DNA of 62,252 nucleotides, filler included, from Nemertoderma westbladi (taxonomy: Eukaryota > Animalia > Xenacoelomorpha): the NCBI GenBank assembly GCA_032718475.1. It is 3 parts of 3 records of this genome, joined end to end, with 100 filler letters (N's around TTAATTAATTAA, not from the genome) between each part and the next. Parts side by side here need not be neighbours in the genome. Positions count along the whole stretch, not along the records: positions 1 to 24,838 come from JAUCBJ010006241.1; positions 24,939 to 47,876 come from JAUCBJ010008063.1; 1 more part is not named here. One strand, written 5' to 3'. A program made the translations under genes and the position numbers. A model generated the notes under the pieces. That model was not told the DNA's origin, did not search any database, and saw only the letters and a program-made list of their open reading frames with translations. The first letter of the stretch is position 1. Each line of letters starts with the position of its first letter. Shown piece after piece: positions 11,901-24,971 of the stretch.

Positions 11901-14900
11901 GTGTATATGTGTACTGTTATAATAAAAATACAAGTCACTGAAACAAAAAATTGTGGCAATCGGTCTAGCCGTTCTCAAGATACCTTGAAACGGACAGACG
12001 GACAAACAGACATGATGAAATGCTCTATAGATTGATATTTAGTGTTCAAAACTATTCAGATGTCCGACTACAAAATTTCGATGTGTTTTGATATAAATTA
12101 AAGTTTTTATAGCACTTTACATGGGTACAGGTTTTTTTTTACCACCCTGTACTATAAAAAACTATATATGTTTAAAGCGCTGCTACGCAAGGTGGAACTG
12201 CGATGGAGGTGGTAGCTAAACTTATTCTTCGCGTTTTGTGCTGATTTTGGAGAGAATAAGCCTACCGCAACGGATATCAATTTCACTCCATAATGATTTC
12301 CTTATGTAATTTTCTTATCAGTCTTTGTGGATTTGCCCAATAATCAAGTCGTACAAAGCTTTCGTAAGAATATTAGATGAAAATCATTAAGGAAAAAAAG
12401 TTGAGATGCTTTCTTGTATTATGCCAAGGTAAATAATTTTCAAAATTATTATTGTTGCTTATTACTGTAGCCCAAGAGAGGCGACCTTGTAGTAGCATTG
12501 GAGGCGGACAATAACGGTTGGAAGATAACCTCTCGTTTTGTCTGTTAGGGGCTTTTTGAGTTGAAACTTCAAAGGTGAAAGAAAGTCTATAATAATATGA
12601 TATGTGGAAACAAAACGACAATGTGTGTGGTTGAGCATCGAACATAATTACGAACTAATTGATTTATTTTTATGTTAATAAATACTAAAGTACCGGTACC
12701 GTTACTGCACAGCAAAACTCTGAATATACGGATATAAAACCTTCAGCAAATAAATCATGTATAATTACTTCGGCCTACAGCCTCAGTAGTTATACAGATC
12801 AATTTACTCCCGGTATTATATCCGTATATTCCGTTCTCGAACAGACAATAATTATAGTATATCATGACTCTATCTTTACCGGTATATTGACTTTACTTTA
12901 CTTTGACGTACCACCAGGAGACAATGTGTCGCCGATGAGACAAACGCCAGATGATATCGGGACCCGCCGGTCTCTCTGGCAGCGCCGTAACTCGAATACG
13001 TCGTCAGAGAGACGGAGTTCTGTTTCCTCACCAGAACGGAACCACGTTGGCTCCCAGAGAGGGCGTTCCTTCTCCACCACATCTACTGAGGTGGGATATT
13101 ATTATATATTTAACTCTTTGTTGTTCTTTATTTACGATTATTGATTGTAAATAAACGATTGTAAAACTTCAATATGTTTATTTATCTTATTTATATAATA
13201 ATATTTAATTGCATCCACCATGTAGGGCCCCGGTTCGACCCCAGGTCGTAGCTTATACTTATTTTTATGCTTTTTTAATTAGGTAACACAATACCGGTAC
13301 TAGACTAGATGGTATACACACACACACACACACGCACACATTAATATTGTTATTGTTACTAGAAAGTCGATGGCCCCTCGGGTTACCAACTTTCTGTCAG
13401 TTTTGCCTATCCTCATATTTTAACTTTTTGCATCACACAGGACTGCAATAGGCCCTATATAAACTTAAAGTTTATTTACTAGCCTGTCATATACTGTATA
13501 TACTTCCCGTATATTCGATAAGTGTGCTCTGCTTTCTTTTGCTAAACGTTTTGCAAACAAAATCTGCCTATTGTTGGAAACGTATTCGCGTAAAATTCCA
13601 GAATAATTTAATTAATTATATGAGAGTGAGGTGTAATTTTAACATTAACAGTGTAACATTAATTACTATAATCTATCTCAGGCCTATGGATTTCTTGCTT
13701 TGTTGAAATGCTGAATTTCATCTAGGCCTACTAAACCCATGTGCCATAAGTGTAAAAGGGAAAAATATATTTGCTCTCCATTGCATTTCTTTACACCACA
13801 AATCGTCCCAAAGGTACAACATTATTCTAAATATAGAATATAGATAGATGCCTCTATTTCCATCGTTTTCAGTCAGTCTTGGGTATGTTGTTGTGGTAGT
13901 TGGCCGATACCTTGACTTTAGTGAACGACCGGGCGTACGTGGTGTACAATGGGGAGAATTGCTTTAGGTCGGGTCTCGGGTATTTCCGAATTACTAAATT
14001 TGAATTTCCCACTCATGGTGCAACTACGTAAAATTCCTCTCTTTAACGGCTTGTTATTGTGAAGCCTGTCTGTGTACTGTCACTGTAGGGTACAGGTGCA
14101 GCCAACTTGTCGTAGCCTTATAAGGCAGTAGTAGTCTAGTAGGTCGAGTGTTGTTATAAACTATTAAGTGCAACCTAAGTAATTAAACTACCTACAGTAT
14201 GTGTGCAGAGTCACCGGCCCCGGTCTCTTTTTATTGGTCGCGGCGGGGGCCGGGGGCTTAAAATCTATATTTTGGCCGGGGGCCGCCGCCGGGTACTACT
14301 TGATTTTATAAAGGCTCTTTAAATTCCGGTATATATTTGTTATTTTTTGGGATAAAAAAGTTTTGTTCGAAAATTTGTCTTTTCATACATATATTTATTT
14401 ATAATTACCATCCGATAAATTAAATATAAAATGAATTGTCACCGTGTAGGGTGGCGTTGTCCATCGAAATTTACAAAATTTTTATATCGATTTCATGAAA
14501 ATTTTGATCGATTATCGATGATTATCGATTATATATTACCAATGTAAAATATAAAAAGATTTTCAATTATTTATAGGTTACTAATATAAAAATTTTCTTT
14601 GTAAAAAGAAGATAATGTTTAATATTTAATAAAATTTATGTGTGTAAAGTGGCGCTTTGCAATTTGCTGTTGAGTACGGTTTGATACACGTTTGTGGGGC
14701 CTTCGCGCAGCACGAGACTCAAATAACCCCTGAAGATGTAATCCGAATTCTTGTTTATATTTACAATACGCCACCATGGGACTGACAGATTAACTGACTT
14801 AGTCTGTTGGTAAGCAAAATTATTAATAAAGCCTTAATGTTCATAGGTCATTTCTACCAAATTTCAGATGGATCTGCTGGTTGGTTCTATACTTTATAAC

Positions 14901-17900
14901 TACTTATTTACTTATATGTGTACCAAGTTTGGATTAATTTCATTAATGTCACCGACTTATTTCGGTTTTTATCAAATATGTGTGAAACTACAGACTGACT
15001 GTGTGGTTTTTTTTTTAACCAAACTTCAGATTTTTTCTAACCTTAGACGGACTATATATGTACCAAGTTTGGTTTAATTTTATCACGGAATGACCGACTT
15101 ATTAGCGATCAAAAATTGGACGACGACGAACGACATCTCGTTAATGAAACCACTATTCTAAGGCTTCGCTCACTTCGTGGCTCGCCCCACAATAAGATTA
15201 ATAATGAATGGATTGAGAGAGTACAAATGCAGATATGAGTATTAGAATATTCTTAGTCCCTTTCCTTTAGTTTTATTCAAAAATTTTAACAATTACACCC
15301 ATTTACAGAAAAATTAAAATTCATGAAAAACAGAATATGAAGATTTTTTGTTAAAATTTTTTTATATTCTATATTGTGAAAAATTAATCGAAAATCATTT
15401 AAATGAAAAAAAAAATTCGATCGAATCGACATTATTTTCGATCGATTTTCGATCAATTTTTGTCAACCCTAGTGTACGGTATGTTTTCATTTGTCTTATC
15501 AACTCAATAATATAATTAATTATTAACTTAGACCAAAGAGTTAAAATGCACCAATTAAACATTGTTTTATTTATTTTTAAAGATAATACGGTTCAAACCA
15601 CCGGTTGACAGGTTATTTTATTTTTAGCGCAAACCATTATTTTTACTTTACTGTAAACTTTAATTTTTCGTTACTTCTGTATAAATTATTGGTTTTCTGA
15701 ATGGCACGAAACACTTTAAGGAATTAAATGACCGAGATTTTGGTCAAAGTTGTAAAATTTGAACTGCTAAACGGATTTCTGACATTGAAGTATCGTTCGA
15801 AAGCTAATTTTTTGCCCTTTAAAATTGTAAAATAAATGTTATTTTCTATTTGTGAATTATTGAGTGGTTTGTCCCTTTTTTTATAGTAGTCTTTGTAACA
15901 ATGACTTCGTGAATAATGTATATATAAATTGTTGGACAACTATACATATTATCTTGACAAGTTACATATGAAATGCGCAACTTTTCAACAATAATAATCC
16001 CATAGGTGTACAGGTCGGGGAGCATTCTCTATGGGGCGAAATTACAGGCATAATGAAGGGCAAAATTGTTGAGTATTAAAGCTATTTATTAAACTATATA
16101 TTAAAAATAATAAATTATTTTTTACTTTCACCCGTCTTAATTAGCTTTATCTCTGAATATCGCACTAAACTAAGGAGAACTAAGGAGAAAAATTCTGAGC
16201 TTTCGAAAATGTATAATATGTCATGCTTTTGAAAACTTTATGTTTTGACCACTTTTTCGGACGTGCCATATATTTTTAGTGAGATTCGAACTCGAGTCTT
16301 CCTGATCCAACTTCCATATTCTGACCTGTATATACTACTATTAATATGGAATATGGCTATTAATGTGGTATTTAAAAATAAAAACCATAATTCTTCATTT
16401 CATAACACTTTGTTTTTTTCGAGATAGCGGCCCACATTGACCGCAAGTGAATAACGTTTCGTTTATTGTTTTGGTTAGAAAACACTTACACAGAACCTTT
16501 CCCTTAATGTTTTTATTTAAATTAATTGTTTCTAAACTCACTAAACACATTTGGTGGCGTTTGCAGACATTCTGTGCCATTAACTCGGTTTTTAATAATA
16601 AAGATTTTATTATTGAATATCTTTCATTCTATTGTTATGGTTTATTAGTTTAATAGTCGAGTCAATCTAGCAAAAAGTAACCCATAAGTATTTCGCTATC
16701 AATCCGAACCACGTATTTTGGATTCTATATTACCTTTCTGTTAATGTCCAAAAAATCTCTATTATTTTTTATTTTGCGGATCATATGTTTATTTATCTGG
16801 AGGAACAGTATGGAAGAGTAAGTACCTAATTGGTAATGTTCCAGAATAATTTAATTAATTAATTAATTAAACAATTATTGAAATTAATTCAATGGGAGAT
16901 TCGTAATATTTACACGGGCGTGTTACACATTAATTGCTAAATCTCGGTAAAGTCGCATCAATTTTTATAACTATTTACATCATTGTAGCACTTTTCAGCG
17001 TTATGACCCGAGTTTATTTATTAAATAAACAAGGGTCTTTAACGCTGAAAAGTGACCTTTGCAAGCAATGATATCACTGCAAACTGGATAATAAAGCAGT
17101 ACTCATTAACATAAATGGAAGTAATACATTCTGGAATACGGTAATTGAAGTTCTTTCCAGGTCATTGATGATTACTTTGCAGCGTTCCGTCCCATAGGCC
17201 GCAACGCTGCAAAGTAGTACTTTACAGCGTTACGAGTAATTGACCAGACGCTTTTAAGTTGACATAATGAAACAAAATATATAAAAAAATTTACGATATA
17301 TTATTTAGGTAACTATTGTAAATAAAATTATATAATTCCACTGCATGGAAATGTAATAATTTCCACTAATGTTAGCCAAGATTTTTCACATAATACAATG
17401 GCGATTTGCTGTATATATTAATATGAATTTAGGTGTAATTAAATTTATTTGTTTTAGTTTAAAAATCACAATAATTTATCATATTGCTGGGTATTTTTTG
17501 GGAATAAGGTTTTTGGGGTTGACAAATCTGATGGGCTGTGTTGCAGACCACCGTTTTGTATAGAGAAGTGATAGGGTTAATAAGCTTCCGATTTTGTACC
17601 AGGGAAAATGGTATTAAAAGTGAGGAAATTATTATACACACCTATCTATTATCACTCGATTCTTTATTAAAAATTAAACTCGCTACGCTCGTTAAATAAA
17701 ATATCTCGACTTGTGAAAATAATATTGTAAATTATTTACCATCAATTAATGTTATTAATTTAATAAGTCTTTATTCTAGAATATTAATTATTTAATATAT
17801 TATATATAGTCACATTTCTACAATTGATTAATAATAATAATAATAATAATGATTAAACAATAAACAATTCCCCCAGGAGAGTAACATACCAATTAATTAG

Positions 17901-20900
17901 TTAGTTCCCAAGGTATTGTTGAAGCCCTAATAGATTTCAGAGAATTAATTGTATTAATTACATTCATTATCATTAATACAGTTTTATAGTCGTGGCATAA
18001 ATTCATATTCCAAATTTATCCGCCCAGATGTCGCACATTAAAATGTATAATCATGCGCCATGGGATAAGAGTAAGAGACAAGACTTTAAGAGATCATTTA
18101 TAATGTGTCATTTTTATCGTGATGCATATTTTATTAATCTCTAACTATTCCAATATAGCCGCTGGGGGCGTAAGTCCGGAATAAAAATAATATAAACCGA
18201 AATCTGACGGTCAACAAATATTCATTCGAAGTCTGACTGTTAGCCGCCCCCCCCCCCCCCCCCCCTCACACTGAGCAACTTGTTTCTGAAACTTGTTGTT
18301 GGACCCCCTCACACACATAAACTTGTTGCTCAAGAAAATAACAACTATTTCAAAATAAATAGCTAACATGTCACCAAACTCAAACTTTCACAAGTGGCAT
18401 AAATCGGCTTTGGAATCAGCATACTTCAAATATATGGAAACTGTAAAAAAACTGCTTGAAGACAATAGATCACGCTTTTCGGATACCGCCAGACTACTAG
18501 TATAAAAATAGAATGTAATAAAAGTTTTTAATTTTAAAAAAGTTGCTGGGAATATTTAACTTCTTAGAAATGTTCCCGCAACTTATTGCTGGACTCCTCA
18601 CACACAGAAACAAGTTTCGGAAACAAGTTGGAGAACAAGTTTCTGTGTGTGAGGGCCTGAAGGGGGTGGGGGGGGGGGGGGCTAAATCCACTTTATAATA
18701 AATTCAATGCAATGAGTTTCCATGGAAATTAGTAATAATATTGTACACATAAGTAAAATATTTATACGTAATTGTTTTTAGTTTAATTAATTAGTACATT
18801 AAGTAGCTTAGCTATATACGTTTAGTTTAATTAGAATGCCTCTGCGCCAATGCGTATTAGTGTAACTGTACTTCATGGAATTCGATAATATGAAATGAAT
18901 TGTTTGATTCGTTAGATATAATGACGTACTGGTCCTATAGAAATATGAACAGGGATCGGTAAATATCTATTAATAGTTACTAAACCCGGGTATTTGCGGT
19001 ATATTGCGCGTCCGTTAAATTCCTTTCTTTATGTTATTTTTTCTATGTACGTTCAGTACCGTTATTGTGTTATGTGACCGGAAAACCGATTGACTGACTG
19101 CGGCTGGTTATTTCCTTTTTTAATATTGAGTAATGTTCTAGAACATCAACAACAGCGGGCACTACAGTATAGCGTGTGGCCATAAAAAAATACCGGAATT
19201 TTTTTGAATTTTGTTATTGGTAAGTGTTGTAGAACATTAGTAGATATGTATTTTTTTATGGTAGCTAGTGTTTTTTTTAGTAGGTCTAGGTAGTATTTTT
19301 TAAATTATAAAAAAAATGTGAAAACATTGGTATTTTAGGTTTAAAATGTTTCCGATTATATCAATGACCATATCTCACCTGGAATATTCAGGGAATTTAT
19401 TTTTTTCAGGGAAATGTCAGGGAAAATTTAAAGTGAAATAGAGTGGCAACCCTGATAACAGTTTACGTTTTTTTTTACTTTCAGAAAATACTAGCTAGTA
19501 AAAAACACTAGTTTAGCTACCATAAAAAAATATATACTAAGGTTGTAGGCCTACAACATCACCAATATCAAAAAAAACTTCAAACTAATCAGTATTTAAA
19601 AATGGTCACACAAGCTATACTAAAGTGCCCAACAGCGTTTAATCTGTTAAGGAAATAGAACTAATTCAATATTAGAATTAGGGTTAGGAATCAGTTTCAC
19701 TAACCTGGGAGGTGTGCAGCGGTAAAGTTAGGAATACAATTCGGGGTACACATATCGTAAGACACGACATAGCCTATGTATGTGTTCTAGAATCAAAATC
19801 TCTAAAATATATAGGATTTTTGGTGATTTTCAAAAAAATTTCAAAATTGGGTGCAACCCATATCGAAGTTATAACAAAATTTTTATATTAGCTAATTTTT
19901 GCTGTATTTTTCATGAACATTCCTAAAATATGTTAGCTATTATCTAACATTAAACTATATGTTCTAGAAAAATAATTTTTTGTTCTTGAACGAATTTTAT
20001 TCTTTAACATACCATTAAGGGCACTATTACTATCGGCAACCCGAATGGGCACTACTCCTATCTGCTACCAGAATGTAGGGGTGTACACTACTCCTATCTG
20101 CTACCCAAAGGTAGGGGTGTACACTACTCCTATCTGCTACCCAAAGGTAGGGGTGTACACTACTCCTATCTGCTACCCAAAGGTAGGGGTGGGCGCTACT
20201 CCTATCTGCTACCCGAAGGTAGGGGTGGGCGCTACTCCTATCTGCTACCCGAAGGTAGGGGTGGGCGCTACTCCTATCTGCTACCCGAAGGTAGGGGTGG
20301 GCGCTACTCCTATCTGCTACCCGAAGGTAGGTGTGGGCTCTACTCCTATCTTCTACCTGAGGGTAGGGGTGGGCGCTACTTCTACCTGATGGTAGGGGTG
20401 GACGCTACTCCTATCTGCTACCCGAAGGTAGGGGTGGGTGCTACTCCTATCTGCTACCCGAAGGTAGGGGTGGGCGCTACTCCTATCTGCTACCCGAAGG
20501 TAGGGGTGGGCGCTACTCCTATCTGTTACCCGAACGTAGGAGTGGGCGCTACTTCTACCTGATGGTAGGGGTGGACGCTACTCCTATCTGCTACCCGAAG
20601 GTAGGGGTGGGTGCTACTCCTATCTGCTACCCGAAGGTAGGGGTGGGCGCTACTCTTATCTGCTACCCGAAGGTAGGGTTGGGCGCTACTCCTATCTGCT
20701 ACCCGAAGGTAGGGTTGGGCGCTACTCCTATCTGCTACCCGAAGGTAGGGGTGGGCGCTACTCCTATCTGCTACCCGAAGGTAGGGGTGGGCGCTACTCC
20801 TATCTGCCACCCGAAGGTAGGGGTGGGCGCTACTCCTATCTGCTACACGAAGGTAGGGGTGGGCGCTACTCCTATCTGCTACCTGAGGGTAGGGGTGGGC

Positions 20901-23900
20901 GCTACTCCTATCTGTTACCCGAAGGTAGGGGTGGGCGCTACTCCTATCTGCTACCCGAAGGTAGTGGTGGACGCTTCTCCTATCTGCTACCCGAAGGTAG
21001 GGGTGGGCGCAACTCCTATCTGCTACCCGAAGGTAGGGGTGGGCTCTACTCCTATCTGCAACCCGAAGGTAGGGGTGGGCGATATTCCTATCTGCTACCC
21101 GAAGGTAGGGGTGGACGCTACTCCTATCTGCTACCCGAAGGTAGGGGTGGGCGCTACTCCTATCTGCTACCCGAAGGTAAGGGTGGGCGCTACTCCTATC
21201 TGCTACCCGAAGGTAGGGGTGGGCTCTACTCCTATCTTCTACCTGAGGGTAGGGGTGGGCGCTACTCCTATATGCTACCCGAAGGTAGGGGTGGGCGCTA
21301 CTCCTATCTGCTACCTGAAGGTAGGGGTGGGCGCTACTCCTATCTGCTACCCGAAGGTAAGGGTGGGCGCTACTCCTATCTGCTACCCGAAGGTAGGGGT
21401 GGGCTCTACTCCTATCTTCTACCTGAGGGTAGGGGTGGGCGCTACTCCTATATGCTACCCGAAGGTAGGGGTGGGCGCTACTCCTATCTGCTACCCAAAG
21501 GTAAGGGTGGGCGCTACTCCTATCTGCTACCCGAAGGTAGGGGTGGGCTCTACTCCTATCTTCTACCTGAGGGTAGGGGTGGGCGCTACTCCTATATGCT
21601 AGCCGAAGGTAGGGGTGGGCGCTACTCCTATCTGCTACCCGAAGATAGGGGTGGGCGCTACTCCTATCTGCTACCCGAAGGTAAGGGTGGGCGCTACTCC
21701 TATCTGCTACCCGAAGGTAGGGGTGGGCTCTACTCCTATTTTCTGGGGTGGGCGCTACTCCTATCTGCTACCCAAAGGTAGGGGTGGGCGCTACTCCTTT
21801 CTGCTACCCAAAGGTAGGGGTGGGCGCTACTCCTATCTGCTACCCAAAGGTAGGGGTGGGCGCTAATCATGTCCATAGTTTTGCTCCCAGTAATTTAACT
21901 GGAACTCCACAACGAGTCTCCATTTACTTACTTTATGAAACTTGTTACCAAAATAATATTAATAGTAAAGTAGGCATCTAATTCATTAATTAGTAAAAAA
22001 GAGCAACAAGTAACTAGAAAATGAAATATACGGTAACGTGATTTATACAAATAATTGTTTAGCTATAATGAGAAAACATTAGCTCAGCTACCATCAAAAA
22101 CACTAGCTACCACTAAAATTTAACATGCAATGAGTCCATAATATGTTCCAGAACCTAAATAAATAAGCAAAACAGAATAATGGTGACGCGGCTACACCAG
22201 TATCGCAATACACCATGACCCGCAATATAGTGTCATTTTCTGATGACAGGGACCGGACGATTTTGCCTTTACATTTTTGGCAACAGTTCCGATCGTCCCC
22301 CCACATTTAGATTTTTTTTACTAGCTATCTTTAAGCAACTTTTTTACATTTTTTTACAAATTAATGTTCTAGAACGTATACCGCGGCAAAAAAATATATT
22401 TATTTTTTATGGTAGCTAGTATTTATTTATTTATCGCGTCAATTGCGCGCAAGCGCTAGTCAAGCTAGTATTTATTTGAATTAACAGTAAAAATGAAATA
22501 AAATATGTATAAAAATTAGTATTTTTTGTCTAGATAGTGTTTTTAAAAAAATAGACTAGCTATTTTTAAGCGCATTATTATTTTTTCAGAAAATACAAGA
22601 TGCAATATCTAATGAAACATGACATTCTAGAATATTTTTTTACTTGCAATTGCAAAGTAAAAAACTGTCACTAAACAATAACTGGAATTGAAAAGAGTAA
22701 AAGAAAAGATGGAAGAACCATTCATGGAGATAATAATAACTATTTACATCATTGTGTTCAAAGTAGCACTTTGCAGCGTTATGACCCGAGTTTATTCATG
22801 TACCGAGCGAGCGCAGCGAGGGAGGTTTACGTAAATAAACAAGGGCCTTTAACGCTGAAGGTAACAGCTTGCAAACTTTTACATTTGGGTATAAAATTGG
22901 GAACAGTTCCGTACGTCCCCCCATTTTGCGAGATTTTTTTACTATACCATAACACCATGTTTCTTGAGCGACAATCATCAAATATTAGTATATAGTATAT
23001 ATAGATAGTATATATATAGATAGTATATATATATATACTATATAATATATATAATATATATATATATTTAGTATATATAGTATATATTATAGGTATAAAA
23101 AATCAATTCCATAACATTAAATGACAATACACGGGCAATTCAAGCCATTTTAAAAAATCAAAAAGTCAATCAAATATTAGTATATATATAGTATATATAG
23201 ATAGTATATATATAGATAGTATATATATATATACTATATAATATATATAATATATATATATATTTAGTATATATAGTATATATTATAGGTATAAAAAATC
23301 AATTCCATAACATTAAATGACAATACACGGGCAATTCAAGTCATTTTAAAAATGGGGGGACGTACGGAACTCTAGCCATAAAATTAAAATGGGGGGCCGG
23401 GCGGAACTCTAGCCAAGTTTTTTTAATAAGCGTTTTAAAAAGTGTCTTTTGCGAAATCGTATTAAATCAATCTCAAATTACCGGCCCATGTGAAGAATAC
23501 CAGACTTTCTACCGTTATATTTCACTTTGCAGTTACCCCCATGTGAAGAATACCAGGTTTTCACCAAAAAAACAGGTTACAGAAGGGCTGAATCTAACCA
23601 AAACAATAAACGAATTAGTATATGTACAGGTTATAAGACAGAAATAAGAGCTATAAAACACTTAATAAAGATAAATTAAAAAAGAATAAAAATCTTCATA
23701 TATAAAATTCCAATAAAAAGTTGACCGAAAAGTGAAATCCTGGTATTCTTCACATGGGCGAAATTACCCATCGTATCACCGTCTTTTAATTATTCTCTCA
23801 ATCCCTTATTAACCCCACGGCGTTCGGTAAATAAAATGCTACGAACTTATGAAAATAAGTTATACTTTTTTTCCAAGTAATAAATAATAATTATTTATTA

Positions 23901-24838
23901 TTAATATAAATATCATTACAAATATTTTTATTCTTAAATCGTTAATTTTTCGTTCAAAATTAGACCAAAATCGGGAGAAAAGGTGCACTTTTTTTCGCTA
24001 GGGAAAATAGTAATCCATATGATTGCATTGATTTTACTTTTTTTCCCGGCGAAAAAAGTAAAATAAAATATTTTTGATGGAATTTCTTCAATTTTATTAA
24101 ATGTGTTCAAAGAGCATCGACGTAGATAAGGTTTGCAAGTAATTTGAGCAAAATCCATTCACACACTCAAAAGTTATTGCAACTTTAGTGTCTGCGCGGC
24201 GAACTCCAAAACGGAACTCAATATCCAATATTGGTTTATGTTGTTAAGCGGCTCTCTAGTTACGTAATAAATATTCGAGAACACTAAATTATTTAACATT
24301 GAGTAAGGCAGCATCAGGAGTTGAAGAGTACAGTAATATGAATCGCAGTAACTATGGAAGCAATATAGTAAAATACTATAGTTCAATTTATTTTGTAATA
24401 CTATATAGCTGTACGTTTTATTAAGAATTGAGCAACAAAAAAGTACCAATTTAAGAATAAAATTACGTATTACATGGGAAAAAAACTTAGAAAATTTTTT
24501 TCCCCATGTAATAAATAATTATAGTTAATGATGTTCCCTAAAGCTTTTACTTCAATATATTTCAAATACCCGCCCAGACATTCACTATTAATATATGTTT
24601 ACTGTAGCCCGCGCCCCCATCCTTACGTTAACTATGGTTTCCAAGACGTCATGTCCAATTACAATATGGTTAGTGTTTGTTCTATTATTGCTACTATGGT
24701 TACAGTTTGTTTCACTTGTCCTTTTGTTTCGGTTTTATTATATATTATTACATTATCTGTTTGCAGGGTAGCGAGAGGAGGGCTAGCACTTCGAATGAGT
24801 CAAGTCGTGGTGGTCTTGAAGGTTTACGTAACCTTGGC
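8922..24838 (+). CDS. Ubiquitin-specific protease (peptidase C19, USP2-like), 5' exons only, truncated by the assembly spacer
   Basis: Exons 8922-9429 (donor GTTAGT, phase 1), 12918-13090 (donor GTGGGA, phase 0) and 24767->24838 splice in frame. A Ser/Thr/Tyr/Arg-rich N-terminus is followed by GLEGLRNLG, the start of the USP Cys box (GLxNLGNTC). The USP2-like call is inferred from architecture; extra exons may be missed. Confidence 0.75.
10595..11345. repeat. Degenerate ~155-bp subrepeat array with (ACAG)n tracts, likely a non-autonomous element
   Basis: AAAACTGACRTCRGAAATGAAATCA-like motif at ~10732, 10891, 11043 and 11197, with an inverted copy at ~10598. Confidence 0.6.
18245..18682. mobile_element. 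MITE-like inverted-repeat element bounded by poly-C / poly-G
   Basis: CCCTCACAC...AACTTGTTTCTGAAACTTGTT on the left is inverted to AACAAGTTTCGGAAACAAGTT...GTGTGAGGG on the right. Confidence 0.55.
20031..21865. repeat. 36-bp GC-rich minisatellite, ~50 copies, in a USP intron
   Basis: Unit GCTACTCCTATCTGCTACCCGAAGGTAGGGGTGGGC read directly. Confidence 0.97.
22905..23370. mobile_element. Small TIR element containing a direct duplication of ~190 bp of (TA)-rich sequence
   Basis: GTTCCGTACGTCCCCCCATTTT is inverted to AAAATGGGGGGACGTACGGAAC; ~22977-23155 is repeated at ~23168-23350. Confidence 0.65.
23484..23759. mobile_element. MITE with TIR GCCCATGTGAAGAATACCAG (copy 1)
   Basis: 20-bp perfect TIRs; AAATTACC on both sides is a candidate 8-bp TSD; homologous to 60312-60550. 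Confidence 0.8.
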
Positions 24839-24938
24839 NNNNNNNNNNNNNNNNNNNNNNNNNNNNNNNNNNNNNNNNNNNNTTAATTAATTAANNNNNN
24901 NNNNNNNNNNNNNNNNNNNNNNNNNNNNNNNNNNNNNN
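24839..24938. other. Artificial assembly spacer (44 N, TTAATTAATTAA, 44 N)
   Basis: Exactly 100 bp and identical to the spacer at 47877; the 12-mer gives stops in all six frames. Confidence 0.95.
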
Positions 24939-24971
24939 GTGGGAAGAAATATCTTTTAAAAACATTCAGTA

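Noticed and set aside
13220-13255. tRNA gene suggested by GGTTCGACCCC
   Set aside because: Isolated B-box-like word with no A box or cloverleaf.
14448-15472. hAT-like element TAGGGTGG...CAACCCTA with ATCGA repeats and a nested insert
   Set aside because: TIRs are too short and mismatched and there is no clear 8-bp TSD; probably repeat-derived but not classifiable.
20045-21981. Repeat-protein ORFs (GVGATPICYPKV)n
   Set aside because: Open in several frames and on both strands because the 36-bp unit lacks stops; no splice support; broken by indels.
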